From contig NC_043001.1 of assembly GCF_006345805.1 (NCBI RefSeq), positions 132,370,001-132,434,000 on the forward strand: a DNA stretch of 64,000 bases, given 5' to 3'. Shown here piece by piece: positions 13,917 through 26,735 of the stretch; the first letter of the stretch is position 1, and each line of letters begins with the position of its first letter. Made by a program: the position numbers and the translations under genes. The notes under the pieces are model-generated. The model made no database searches. It was not told the DNA's origin and saw only the letters and a list, made by a program, of their open reading frames with translations. The stretch comes from Octopus sinensis. Taxonomy: Eukaryota.

Positions 13917-14400
13917 TATGTGGCTGTGTGGTAAGAAGCTGGCTTCCCAACCACATGGTTTCTGGTTCAGTCCCATTGCATGGCATCTTGGGAAAGTGTC
14001 TTCTACTATAGCCTTGGGCTAGCCAAAGCTTCATGAGTGGATTTGGTAGACAGAAACTGAAAGAAGCTAGTCATATACATATATATGGATGTATATGTCT
14101 GTGTGTCTGTGTTTGTCCCCTGCCACCACTTGACGACTAGTGTTGGTGTGTTTACATCCTTGTAACTTAGGGGGTTGGCTAAGTACCAGGCTTTAAAATA
14201 TAAATCCTGGGGTTGAATTATTCAACTAAAACTCTTCAAGGTGGTGCCCCAGTATTGACAACTGACAAGTCCCTTAACTTCTTGGGGATCGTTGGGGCAT
14301 TGCAGCCATGCAGTGTATCTAGGGTGAGAAAGCCTGGTGGAGCACAGCTCTCTCCAGTATGGGGCAGTGAAATGACTGATGCAAGAAAAAAATTCATTGG
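13917..14400 (+). mobile_element. SINE family A, diverged copy
   Basis: Same head, body and tail motifs with many substitutions and an internal insertion. Confidence 0.75.
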
Positions 14401-14671
14401 GAAATAAATGAATAAATAAGAGTTCATAAGTCAGTGCCAGATACTGAATTATGATTATATAAAGCTTCTATAGTTAATTGAATAAACTGATAATTAAACT
14501 TAATATTTGTAGTTTTAGGTCAAAAGTTATGTTCATATGGGTTACATGCAAGCTAATAATGAAGTGAATGGTTGAATAAGAAGTTAATAGAATGTAAAGT
14601 AAACAGATGCAGAATTACATTCAGATTTACTAACTATTAGTAAAATATATTCATAATGTAAGCTCAGTGAA

Positions 14672-15010
14672 TCATCATCATCATCATCATCATCGTCATC
14701 ATCATCGTTTAACGTCCGCTTTCCATGCTAGCATGGGTTGGACGGTTCAACTGGGGTCTGGGAAGCCCGAAGGCTGCACCAGGACAGTCAGATCTGGCAG
14801 TGTTTCTACAGCTGGATGCCCTTCCTAACGCCAACCACTCCGTGAGTGTAGTGGGTACTTTTTATGTGCCACCGACACAGGTGCCAGACAAGGCTGGCAA
14901 ACGGCCATGCTCGAATGGTGCTTTTTACGTGCCACCGGCACGGAGGCCAGGGGAGGCTGGCAATGGCCACGATCGGATGGTGTTTGTTACGTGCCACCAG
15001 CACAGACGAA
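14672..15010 (-). mobile_element. 5'-truncated 3' end of the (GAT)n-tailed RTE-type LINE (family D)
   Basis: Matches 45100-45410. Further copies at 17620-17940(+), 19235-19590(-), 22015-22400(-), 34713-35075(-), 50420-50707(+), 57565-57965(+), 58000-58370(-). Confidence 0.85.
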
Positions 15011-15231
15011 TATGCATATATATTTGTATATTGACACTGGACGGGAAAGGTTCGCTCCCTTGCTTGCAATATATCGGACACAGGCTTTGTATCATTAACC
15101 AGCTGGATGAGGAGTCCTCCTGGGGTTAAAAAAGAGTAGTAACATTGTTCCATACGGAGCAGCCATGTTGAAGTGGCAACAATCATTATTTTTCAATAAA
15201 TTTGAACTTTTTGTTATCACATGATATTTAA

Positions 15232-15640
15232 CCTTTTAGCATTTAAACTGACCATATCCAGCCCAAACATTCTACCTGTTTTATGTTCAGACTGGCAAGA
15301 TCAGACTTGTCACACCTAGCCTACAATATCATTCTAATAATAAACAGTTTTCTCATCAAAATTACATAGTTACAAGATAATGCATGATTAATTCAAAACA
15401 ATGTGAATAAATAGCAGTGTAATCTGAATACTAAAGGGTTAAACAGGTCATTTCTAGCCCAAATATCTGTTCTATGTTCAACCTGACCAGATCTGACTTC
15501 TCACACCAACCTTACAGTGTCATTCTAAAACTAAACAATCAGGTCATTGAAATTTTGAAGTTACAAGATAATGCAAGATTAATTCAAAACAATATAAATG
15601 AATAAGGATTACATATGATAGAGTAATCTGTATGCTAATG
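15232..15640. mobile_element. TTAA MITE family 2 (15232-15438, opposite orientation) plus a partial tandem copy
   Basis: TTAA|CCTTTTAG...CTAAAGGG|TTAA, followed by a second diverged internal segment. Confidence 0.8.
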
Positions 15641-15641
15641 A

Positions 15642-16050
15642 GTTACTCTCTTTTTTTCTCTTTTACTTGTTTCAGTCATTTGACTGCGGCCATGCTGGAG
15701 CACCGACTTTAGTCGAGCAAATCGACCCCGGGACTTATTCTTTGTAAGCCCAGTACTTATTCTATCGGTCTCTTTTGTTGAACCACTAAGTGACGGAGAT
15801 GTAAACACACCATCATCGGTTGTCAAGCAATGCTAGGGGGACAAACACAGACACACATACATATATATATATATATATACATATATACAACAGGCTTCTT
15901 TCAGTTTCCGTCTACCAAATCCACTCACAAGGCATTGGTCGGCCCGGGGCTATAGCAGAAGACACTTGCCCAAGATGCCATGCAGTGGGACTGAACCTGG
16001 AACCATGTGGTTGGTTAGCAAGCTACTTACCACACAGCCACTCCTGCGCC
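15642..16050 (-). mobile_element. SINE family A
   Basis: Full-length reverse copy. Confidence 0.9.
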
Positions 16051-16193
16051 TTTTTTTCGTTTTTTTTTTCTTCTAAAGCAACTTTTCAACTATATATTAA
16101 ATTTTCAAATCTTATTCAGTTCAATTTTAAGATTTAGTGCCTTACTGTCAAGGTGAAGACAGGCTTATCCAGTATGGTAAGACATCAACTTAC

Positions 16194-16303
16194 AAACACT
16201 AATGTCACTTCCATGGAGTTTGCTATAATTTGTACAACTACGAGATGGTTGCAACCAGTCTTTAATATATCATCCTTTCCACGTGCTCTCATGAGTAAGG
16301 AAA
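16194..16303 (-). CDS. Candidate exon (110 nt), SLLMRARGKDDILKTGCNHLVVVQIIANSMEVTLVF
   Basis: Acceptor gataattttctag, donor ttt|gtaagt; only the phase 1 to 0 frame is open; unique sequence. Confidence 0.5.
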
Positions 16304-16613
16304 CTAGAAAATTATCTCATTGTTGCACTTGCATTTAACACAATGACCACAACAAGAGCTCCAACATCTACTTGTGGCACCAAGAAAACTGAATCTTTCT
16401 TGCAGTGGAAAGAAACTGGAATGCAAACGAGTACCAACACATTAAATTCTAAAGTGACAAACACCATGTGACAAAAAGGGCTACTTTATATCCCTTTTGA
16501 TACGAACCAACCTAAGATCATAAATGGTTTTACTATACAAGCTTCCAGTTTGAAGCTGATCGAAATTAAAAACTTTCCATCAAATTTTCATGCTAATCTA
16601 TATTCCAAGTTTT

Positions 16614-16996
16614 TGGAAGCACTCCGTCAGTTACGACGATGAGGGTTCCGGTTGATCCGAATCAACGGAACAGCCTGCTCGTGAAATTAACGTGTAAGTG
16701 GCTGAGCACTCCACAGACACGTGTACCCTTAACATAGTTCTCGGGGATATTCAGCGTGACACAGAGTGTGACAAGGCCGGCCCCTTGAAATACAGGTACA
16801 ACAGAAACAGGAAGTAAGAGTGAGAGAAAGTTATGGTGAAAGAGTACAGCAGGGATCACCACCATCTCTGCCGGAGCCTCGTGGAGCTTTTAGGTGTTTT
16901 CACTCAATAAACACTCACAACGCCCGATCTGGGAATCGAAACCGCGATCCTATGACCGCGAGCCCGCTGCCCTAACCACTGGGCCATTGCGCCTCC
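16614..16996 (-). mobile_element. tRNA-derived SINE family C (~380 bp)
   Basis: tRNA-like head ggaggcgcaatggcccagtggttagggcagcggactcgcggtc...ggtttcgattccc; tail gtaaccgacggagtgcttcca. Probably one of the tRNA-Arg-derived octopus OR families (recall, unverified). Confidence 0.9.
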
Positions 16997-17485
16997 ACGT
17001 ACCTATTTAATATTCCAAGTACCTGTTTAATAACAACAAAGTTATTTTATTAACTTCTTCACAATTCTCAAGTTTTCAAACATATATACACAGTTTGCTG
17101 GACAGGCCATTGAATCTCCTGAGTTTATACACCCATGCACAGATTTTCCTTGTCATTCTGTATCATCCCAAAGTCACATATATTAAATGGTAGTCTCTTG
17201 CATCCAAGAAAGGGAGTTCTGTAATTGTTTAAAATGATCAAATGTTGTTGCTGCTCATTAGCCCACTCTCTCTCCCCATCAACTGGGCATTGCTTGTATG
17301 GGTGCACGGTGTGCCACACATTAGATGCTGAAGTGATTACAAGGCAACATGAGATGAAGAATATTGGTCAAGAACACAACATAGCACCCAGTCTGAGAAT
17401 TAAAGCCATAAAGCTATGATCTTGCAATCATGAGTGCAACACCCTAACCACTAAGCCATATGCCTTCATATATATATATATATAT

Positions 17486-17517
<32 letters not shown>

Positions 17518-17895
17518 ATATATAATATGCACATATATATATATACACAAACACACACATATATACACACATATATAAAATATACTAAATATACATACAC
17601 ACACACACTTATATATATATTGTCCTCCACAGCAGAAGTATTAAGGCCACATCCCCCATTGAAGAGGATTGACCTCAAGAGTCCTGTGCCAGCGCCACAT
17701 AAAAGGCAGTCATGCCAGTACCATGTAAAAGCGCTCATACCAGTGGCACATTAAAAGCACCCAAGTGGTTGGCATTAAGAAGGGCATTCAACCATAGAAA
17801 CCAAACCAATTCAGGCTGGAAACTGGTGCAGCTCCTCAGCTTACCAGCCCTGATCAAACCATCCAACCCATGCCAGCATGGAAAACAGACGTTAA

Positions 17896-17942
<47 letters not shown>

Positions 17943-18139
17943 TTTCAGTTTTCAGCTAGCAATAAACATACATTAAATAAGTCTTATTAGGTAAGGTATA
18001 TCTATCATCCATCTATCTACATGTACACACACACACACATTCTATACAGCCAATATAGAAAACTTATGTAAAATGATTATGTGAGGGTGGGGTTATGAGA
18101 TATAGAAACAAGCTTAAACAGGTCTTTTAGTGATAGGAG

Positions 18140-18522
18140 GGAGGCGCAATGGCCCAGTGGTTAGGGCAGCGGACTCACGGTCGTAGGATCGCGGTTTCAA
18201 TTCCCAGACCGGGCGTTGTGAGTGTTTATTGAGCGAAAACACCTAAAGCTCCACGAGGCTCTGACAGGGGATGGTGGTGATCCCTGCTGTACTCTTTCAC
18301 CACAACTTTCTCTCACTCTTACTTCCTGTTTCTGTTGTACCTGTATTTCAAGGGGCCGGCCTTGTCACTCTCTGTGTCACGCTGAATATCCCCGAAAACT
18401 ACGTTAAGGGTGCACGTGTCTGTGGAGTGCTCAGCCACTTACACGTTAATTTCACGAGCAGGTTGTTCCGTTGATTCGGATCAACCGGAACACTCGTCGT
18501 CGTAACCAATGGAGTGCTTCCA
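18140..18522 (+). mobile_element. SINE family C
   Basis: Full-length copy. Confidence 0.9.
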
Positions 18523-18635
18523 TCAGTGATAGGAGACATCCTATTGTATAACGTCATTAGATACAGCAACTGAAATATGATTATGAAAAGAATTATGATG
18601 AAAAGGATGAGAAAAGAATATACACACAAAAGAAG

Positions 18636-18679
<44 letters not shown>

Positions 18680-18681
<2 letters not shown>

Positions 18682-18958
18682 AGGCGCAATGGCCCAGTGA
18701 TTAGGGCAGCGGACTCACGGTCGTTGTGAGTGTTTATTGAGTGAAAACACCTAAAAAGCTCCATGAGGCTCCGGCAGGGGATGGTGGTGATCCCTGCTGT
18801 ACTCTTTCACCACTCTTTCTCCCACTCTTTCTTCTGTTGGCCTGCTCGCTTAGCCAGCGGGGTGGCGTCATTCGAAGGCTAAAACAATGCAAACGCATTG
18901 TGACCAGCGATGTGTAACTACATCTGATGGACTGGTCGGTCACGTGATCACGTGATAT
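18680..18958 (+). mobile_element. SINE family C-prime (C head, different body, cacgtgat tail)
   Basis: Shares the 5' region with C, then ggcctgctcgcttagccagcggggtggcg...ggtcacgtgat; this copy lacks the box B segment. Confidence 0.85.
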
Positions 18959-18995
<37 letters not shown>

Positions 18996-20130
18996 TATTA
19001 ACAGGCAATAGTAGAATGTAAAAAAAATACGAAATAGAAAGAATCCTTTCAAAATATTAATTTTAAAAAGCCATCATTTTCACTCTTTCAGCCTATTCCT
19101 TCATTGCAATCATGTTAAATATATTTAAATAGCACTCATTACATTTTTTCTATTACAAAATATATATCATTATTTCTCACAATAAAAGTCAATAAAAATC
19201 AAAGAAAGCTATTTTCCTATGTGTAATTTAACATTCATCATCATTTAACGCCTGTTTTCCATGCTAGCATGGGCTGGACTGCAAAACCAGGGGCTGCACC
19301 AGGTCCCATAGTCTGTTCTGGCTTGGTTTCTATGGCATGATGCCCTTCTTAATGCCAACCATTCCCAATGTACTGGGTGCTCTTTAGGTGGCACCAGCAC
19401 CCACACCAATGCTTTTTGTATGATACCTTGGTTTTAGGGTCTCAATTCTGCTGTGTTGGGCAGGTCGTCCCAAGTACAGCAATGCACCACATATCTCAGT
19501 CTTCTGTCATCTCTTTGTAAAGTTCAGCATTTTAAGATCAGCCTTCAATACTTCATCCCATGTCTTCCTGAGTCTCTCTCTTCCACATTTCCCGTAATTT
19601 AGAAAAATCAATTACTTTATTTAGAGAGGTACATATAAAGAAGAGAATAAAAATCTACTTTTCAACTGATGACTATCTATTCAGTAATACATATGTAAAT
19701 GATTGAGGGAGTAAGAGAGAAGTTGTTAGTTTGCTTGTTTTAAATCTTAAGACATGGTTAAATCTTCCATGTTCAACATATCACATGTAACATGTTTTCA
19801 GCAAGATGTTGTCTTAGAGAAGACATTTTTGCAAGGAAGAAACCCTTGATTGTTTATGCCAGAAGAGTTAAAGAGAATGAAAACTTGCTGTTGACATCCA
19901 AGAGAGAGAGAGAGAGAATCAGAGAGAATCAGAGAGAGAAAGAGAAATAGGAAAATAAATTTCAGGGAAGATATTTAAGAAGAAGAAGGAGAAAAATGGA
20001 GAAGAAGAAGAGAGCACACAAGTTTAGTGCATGTTGAGAATGAAATGCCACTGATCAATAGATGACAAAATGTAAAGGAATGTCGTTCAATAACGAATTG
20101 ACAACAAGTGTTCATCAAGAGTTTACTTAC

Positions 20131-20212
20131 AAAAGTGTTTTCATAAACTGTGCAAATGCTGCAAGCAATGTCACTTTGTCTCAAACAACAGCGTAAATAA
20201 CTGGCGCTGTCA
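20131..20212 (-). CDS. Candidate exon (82 nt), DSASYLRCCLRQSDIACSICTVYENTF
   Basis: Acceptor ctttcttttcattttactgtgcggtttag, donor ttt|gtaagt; one fully open frame. Confidence 0.4.
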
Positions 20213-22404
20213 CTAAACCGCACAGTAAAATGAAAAGAAAGGCACCAGCTTTGTGAAAATTACCATTCTAGCTAGAAGCAACATTAATTATAATAATGAC
20301 ATTTTAACAGATGTGGCCCTCAAACAGCAGGCAGTTATTGCAGAACACAGATAAAACAGCTTCCTCTCTCATTTTCTTACCCTTTTCAAACTTTGTATAC
20401 ATATTTCAAGTTATTTATGTTTTCCGATAATTTTGTTTTTGTATTTTACTTTAGAGATTTTGCATTTTCTTTTTTCCACCCATTTTCTTTCTTTCATATT
20501 TCTTTTTCCAATAGAAACATAGGCAAGTGAGGAATATAATTTTCATGATGTATTTTGATAAATAGATTGATTACATCTCAATTTAAATTTCATAATAATA
20601 CTTATTGATGAAATATTTAGAGGAAATATCACCAAATTTACAAAGACAATTTATCTTTTTTCTTACACTTTAGGTTCTCATTAACAAGTATAAAAATTCC
20701 CTTGCAGAAGCAAATGTCATAAATTTAAGCACCTTTCATTAATATTTCCATTCAACAACATTTTTCTTTCCTACTTAATCACTTTTATATTTTGCCTTCT
20801 ATTATGAATGAACCCAAATTTCCAAATATTAAAACCACTGTTTAATGATTATATTTAATCTTCAAGCGATTAACAAAGGATAAATTGAGATGTTGCAAAG
20901 TTAAAGAGGAAATTGGATAACATGTATAAATAACTGATCATAAGTCATATTGAAGAGGTAATAAAAGTATTAAATGAAAGCATCATCAGATATAAAAATA
21001 AAGAGAAAAAGAGAAATCATAGTATTTGAAAAACAGTTTTACTTCTATCTTGTAAACTTCACAGTTTGATGTAACACAAAGATATGTGAGTGAATGTATT
21101 CTAGTGGCTGATTATTACTATTGACTATCAAAGTTTGTAATATTTAGAATAGATTTACTGGACAAAAGACAAGCTTTGTAATTTGACATGTCATGGTAAA
21201 CCATCAGTCCGATGCAACTATAAAGTTATCACTTTTCTTTTTCTCTGTCTTTCTTTCAGTTTACATTCTGTCTTGAAAGGAAGAGAAGCCAGCAATATTA
21301 CTTCTAATAGCCAGAGGCCTTTATTTTAAATTCGTACAGATAGGCATTGAAATATAATCACAATGAGGCAAAGTGAGAAGATACCCAAAATAAATTGTAA
21401 AGTCACAGCAATTGAAATAGATAGAATTCTGAAACCTCAATTAATGAGAATAGCTTTGGAACATTAGAAATGCAAGAACACCCTAAAGTGAACAGATATG
21501 ACACGAAAATAGGAAATAAGTTTAATGATTGTGAAGTTAATCATTTAATTCATTTGGATCAACAATTAAGACAGTGAATAGTAAAAATATTTGGATATAT
21601 TTTTCTTTAGAATAACATAAAACTAGCGGACAGAATAGGTTTGACATTTTTATAATTGCAACCTATTTGTTGTTAAAAGAAAAAAAAATAATTTGCACTG
21701 TACAGCTATTCAGACATGCAATTATTTTTGTTTACACTAAATATACTTTAGCCCCATATATACTTTAGTTCTATATATATGTAAATCTCTATTGATACTT
21801 AATCTTTTATGTAAATTGTTTCTAGTGGTTTAAATGTTTCTGCCTTGATGTTATAACATAGCTTTAAAAATACTAGAAAATGAAAATGAGTTCTTGATAT
21901 GCTGAAGAGCACTACAATAAAATTTATGTAAGTATAAGTCAAATAATGGTGTTGGTGTAATCAACCTGAACCCCTTCCTAATTTCTTGCATTGCATCCAT
22001 GTCAGAAACAATTCATCATCATCATCATCATCATCGTTTAACATCCGTTTCACATGCTAGCATGGGTTGGACGGTTCAACTGGGGTCTGGGAAGCCAGGA
22101 GACTGCACCAGGCTCCAGTCTGATCTGGCAGTGTTTCTACAGCTGGATGCCCTTCCTAACACCAACCATTCCATGAGTGTAGTGGTCTTTTTTATGTGCC
22201 ATCAGCACAGGGGCGAGAGGAGGTTGGAAACAGCCACGATCAGTTGATGCTTTTTACATGCCACTGGCATGGAAGTCAGTCAATGGCGGTGCTGGCATCA
22301 ACCACATTCTGATGGTACTTTTTACGTGCCACCAACACAGGTATCACGACTACAACTTCCATTTGATTTTTATTTTGATGTTGATGTAATTATTATTACT
22401 ATTT

Positions 22405-22610
22405 CTAAAGATGGTGAGCTGACAGAATGGTTACCACACCAGGCAAAATGCTTATCAGCATTTCATCCATTTTCACATTCTGAGTTCAAATTCTGCAGAG
22501 GTTGACTTTGCCTTTCATCCTTTTAGGGTCAATAAAATAGGTACTGGTTGATGTAATTGACTTACACCCTCCCCCAAAACTTGCTGGCCTTGTGCCAAAA
22601 TTTGAAATTA
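22405..22610 (+). mobile_element. SINE family B, diverged
   Basis: Core ctgagttcaaattctgcagaggttgactttgcctttcatcc. Confidence 0.75.
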
Positions 22611-22734
22611 TTTTCATCATCACTGCCATTGGCTCTCAGGGGCCTTTATTTCAATTTTTTTATTCCATGTCAGATCACGTCTTTCCTGACGGATAGGCCT
22701 CTTGATCAGGATAGATTTCTGCATTATTTTGGAC

Positions 22735-22937
22735 AATTTATAATGTCTTGATAAACGATGTTTTTTTTTTATTTTTCATTTGGTGCATAAATGTAAAGAC
22801 TTTTCTTACTTCCTACTCTTGAACATCCACTGTAAAGCTGACCATGGGTGAAGCTGGGCTTGTCAAAGTGTAAACATGTAACTGAAAATGTTTGCCCTTG
22901 CAATTTGTTGATGGTGATGGCAAAACTAAGACTCACT
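22735..22937 (-). mobile_element. Helitron RepHel helicase C-terminal remnant
   Basis: SFAITINKLQGQTFSVTCLHFDKPSFTHGQLYSGCSRVGSKKSLYIYAPN: PIF1-family motifs V/VI as in Helitrons. Confidence 0.85.
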
Positions 22938-22959
22938 GGAAATTGAAGTTGTTTGAATT

Positions 22960-23905
22960 AAAATGGGACATGTAGCCAAATGTAGGTAATAGTGAAGAAA
23001 GTTTATTAAAAGCTGTTAGAGTCACAAGACACAGGGAAACCAAAAACCCAAACAAAGTTAAAAAACAGAAAAAAAGAACAGAAATTATCTGAGTGGCAGG
23101 AGAAGGTTTTGCATGGCAGATTCCCAAAGATAATTGCAGCAAATAGTAGTAGTGAAATATGGTTATAGTTGCAGAAAATAAAGCTGAAAGGGAGACAGTG
23201 AGTTTGTTAGTAGCAGCACAGGATCAAGCATTAAGAACCAATTGGATAAACGCCAAGATAGATGAAAACCAAATAGATTCCCAATGTAGGTTATGCAAAT
23301 CAAAAGAAGAAGCATTACTCATATAGTAAGTGAATGTTGCATGTTGGCAGAGAAAGAGTACAAGAAAAGGTTTGACAACCTAGGAAGTGTAATCTACTGG
23401 GAGTTATGTAGAAAACCAGGATTTAAACATAGTGATAAATGGTATGAACATGAACCTACTAAAGTGCGCTAGAAAGTAAAAAATACATGTTGTGTGACTT
23501 TAACATTCAGACTGACAGAGTAATAGAAGCTTGAAAGCCTCCTGATTTAGTAGTAGTAAAGAGAATAGAAAATGCCAGATAACTGACTTTACAGTCCTAA
23601 ATGAAAAAAATCAATATTAGAGGTATAGAAAAAATAGCAAAGTACCAGGACCAAGCCATTAAATTACAGAGACTATGGAAAGAGCAGTAGTTATAGGTGC
23701 AATGGGACTATCCATATATATTTGAGCAGATGGATAGAGGAAATAGGGATAAAATCCAGTTTAGTACAGCTCCAGAAAACAGTGTTATTAGGGACAGCTA
23801 GGATACTTTGGAGGGTGTTTTGGTATCTAAGGTTACTTGTTGCAGTCTGATGTCAGGAATTTTTTCTTTTGCAACAGTCTAATCTGTTGTGTGTGAATAT
23901 GAAAG
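22960..23905 (+). mobile_element. R4/Dong-type RLE non-LTR retrotransposon, 3' part, decayed
   Basis: LVAAQDQALRTNW, CRLCKSKEE..HIVSEC (CCHC), KWYEHEP, DFNIQTD..I...PD, KYQD, LQKTVLLGTARIL; followed by (GAA)n. Confidence 0.85.
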
Positions 23906-24006
23906 GAAGAAGAAGAAGAAGAAGAAGAAGAAGAAGAAGAAGAAGAAGAAGAAGAAGAAGAAGAAGAAGAAGAAGAGAAGAAGAAGAAGAAGAAGAAGAA
24001 GAAGAA
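23906..24006 (+). repeat. (GAA)n microsatellite
   Basis: Direct reading. Confidence 0.98.
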
Positions 24007-24019
24007 TCATTATTATCTT

Positions 24020-24560
24020 CCAAATGGTTTATGGAGGGTATGATGGATAGCAACTTGGGAAATTTCAAGCCATTGATGAGGACAGTCTGAACAGACTGTA
24101 TTGGAGGGCTTTCAAGACAACTTCCAAAAGTACTTAGCCAAACAGTGTTATAAGGAAGCATTGCCAGTTAAAGATAAACTCTCCAAGCATGGCACAGCCT
24201 TTCCCAGATGCAGGCATGAAGAAGAAACTATTCTTCATGCACTCATTTGGTATCCAAACATTATTAACTTATGGAGTTATGTTAAACACTTGCTGTTATG
24301 TGTTGGACCGATCTACTTGTCAGCTTAGTCCAACATAAGGGTCATCCTGCTTTCTTTGATGAGGACTGTTAGTTTTCTGTTTTCTAGAGGTTACGTATGT
24401 CAAGAAAAGTAATGTAGTGGATAAGGTTGCAAGGACTATCAACAAAATTTCCTCTTTGATCAAAGCCTTCATCAACTGTTTTAATAACTAATTGAAAAAG
24501 AGTGAGTATTTTCAAGGAAGTGTTACCCTCAAGTAAATTTGCTGAAATTCAAGTGAGAGT
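24020..24560 (+). mobile_element. L1/Tx1-type LINE C-terminal fragment
   Basis: DNFQKYLAKQCYKEALPVKDKLSKHG..PRCRHEEETILHAL..LWSYV resembles the zf-RVT C-terminal region of Tx1 elements. Confidence 0.7.
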
Positions 24561-24589
24561 TTTGAGAATTGTGTGACAGCATGGTTCCA

Positions 24590-24822
24590 CTCTCTTAATC
24601 TCTTTTACTCTTTTACTTGTTTCAGTCATTTGACTGCAGCCATGCTGGAGCACCGCCTTTTGTCGAGCAAATCGACCCCGGAACTTATTCTTTGTAAGCC
24701 CAGTACTTATTCTATCGGTCTCTTTTGCCGAACTGCTAAGTGACGGGGGACGTAAACACACCAGCATCGGTTGTCAAGCAATGCGAGGGGGACAAACACA
24801 GACACACAAACATATACACACC

Positions 24823-24893
<71 letters not shown>

Positions 24894-25057
24894 TACGACA
24901 GGCTTCTTTCAGTTTCCGTCTACCAATCCACTCACAAGGCATTGGTCGGCCCGGGGCTATAGCAGAAGACACTTGCCCAAGATGCTACGCAGTGGGACTG
25001 AACCCGGAACCATGTGGTTGGTAAGCAAGCTACTTACCGCACAGCCACTCCTGCGCC
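24590..25057 (-). mobile_element. SINE family A with expanded internal (TA)n
   Basis: Full-length reverse copy. Confidence 0.9.
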
Positions 25058-25324
25058 AATCTCAATTTTTCATTTGTAATTTCTAGAAGGATGAGATTTT
25101 TGAGGTGCAAGGAGAAATTTATGAGTTGTTCAGCTTCATCATCAAGTAAATAACTCTTCATAAGGATATAACTTCTTTTATATTTTATATTCTCCAAGTG
25201 ATATGCTTATGTTTATCTTGATTTTTCCCTTTATTATTCAATATAAAAACAACCCACTCCTTTTGCAGCCAATCTTTATAGTGCCCATTATTCATTGTTG
25301 TGCTTGGAGAGGATAAAAAAAATA

Positions 25325-25325
<1 letters not shown>

Positions 25326-25376
<51 letters not shown>

Positions 25377-25487
25377 CATTATTATTATCATATTATTATT
25401 ATTATTATTATATTATTATTATTATTATTATTATTATTGTTATTATAATTATTATTATTATTATTATCATTATTATTATTATTAATA

Positions 25488-25531
<44 letters not shown>

Positions 25532-25555
25532 TATTATTGCTATTTGTTATTATTA
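25326..25555 (+). repeat. Degenerate (ATT)n array
   Basis: Direct reading. Confidence 0.97.
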
Positions 25556-26460
25556 AGAATTGTTATTTGCACTATGTACAGTGAGATCTAAAACAAGGCA
25601 TTGCATATTCATTCTTAATAAGTCTTATCAAATTTGAATGCAAATATGCAGTGTGTTCATAGTATACTTGGATATGATTTTAATATGTGTACATGCCATG
25701 GGATTCTTTCAGTTTCCATCTACCAAATCCATTCACAAGGCATTAGTCAGCCCAGGACTATAGTAGATGACACTTGCTTAAAATGCTATGCAATGGTTGG
25801 GAAGCAAACTTCACCACACATTCATGCCTGTACCTACATGTATTAACTAATCTGCTACCAGGAATAAAGTAAAATTATTAGATTAATTATATGATAAGAT
25901 AGAAAGGAAAGTAGTACACTTAACTTCAAATACAGTTACTTTTCAAACATTCTTCACAATCAATGCACAAGAATAGATAAATAATGCAAGAAGCAAAGCA
26001 GTCCTAATATAAATATTAAAGTATCTATCTATGTATCTAGGTAAGCATGTATGTATATACACAGACACACAAATGCACACATACAAGATGTTAAAATGAA
26101 AGAAAAGAAAAATAACAGATATCTAAATTGAATGATTGAATTAAGCAATGAGTGTCTATTTAACATATTGCACTAATACTATAGACAGGAATTTGATTAC
26201 TGCTTCAGTTTACACTTTAGTACCGAATCAGAAAAACTGAGCTGCTTGCAAAATAAAATACATAAAGAAGAATATAGAACATTCAAACACTTCTCGAAAG
26301 AATCTGAATTGTTTAAAGATTTTAAAAAAAAAATATATGCAAATTAGTTTAAAATTTATGTCGTATATTTCTAAGAAAAGTCAAGATATTTGAGAAAAAT
26401 TAAAACATCAAAAATCATTTCAAATTAAAATTTAAAATTTCTTATTAAAAGAAAATCTAC

Positions 26461-26493
26461 TTTGGAATTAATTGCGCGCACTGATAGATATAA
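26461..26493 (-). CDS. Candidate micro-exon (33 nt), LYLSVRAINSK
   Basis: Very strong acceptor tttttctttttcttttgtatgcag, weaker donor aaa|gtagat; symmetric length. Confidence 0.35.
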
Positions 26494-26621
26494 CTGCATA
26501 CAAAAGAAAAAGAAAAATCAAAGATTCTGTAGCACCATTCCAATATCACTAAATGAAAAGAAACAAATCTTGGGAAGTTCAAGGAACATAAGTGCATACA
26601 ATAAAATAGCCATATGTGTGC

Positions 26622-26663
<42 letters not shown>

Positions 26664-26700
26664 TGTGTACATATTTTATATGTGTGTGTATATATTTTAT

Positions 26701-26735
<35 letters not shown>

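Noticed and set aside
14860-15010. Regularly spaced short repeats resembling a CRISPR array
   Set aside because: Degenerate tandem subrepeats of the LINE 3'UTR in a eukaryotic context; the spacers are related to each other.
16662-16865. Recurring ORF MVVIPAVLFHHNFLSLLLPVSVVPVFQ... (six copies) and MSSNARGTNTDTQ... copies
   Set aside because: Incidental frames in SINE C and SINE A bodies, not a gene family.
18140-18215. tRNA-like sequence
   Set aside because: It is a SINE head; it continues into the SINE body and lacks a proper acceptor stem and terminator.
21260-21600. Very strong plus-strand polypyrimidine acceptor
   Set aside because: All frames close within 25 codons and no donor is evident.
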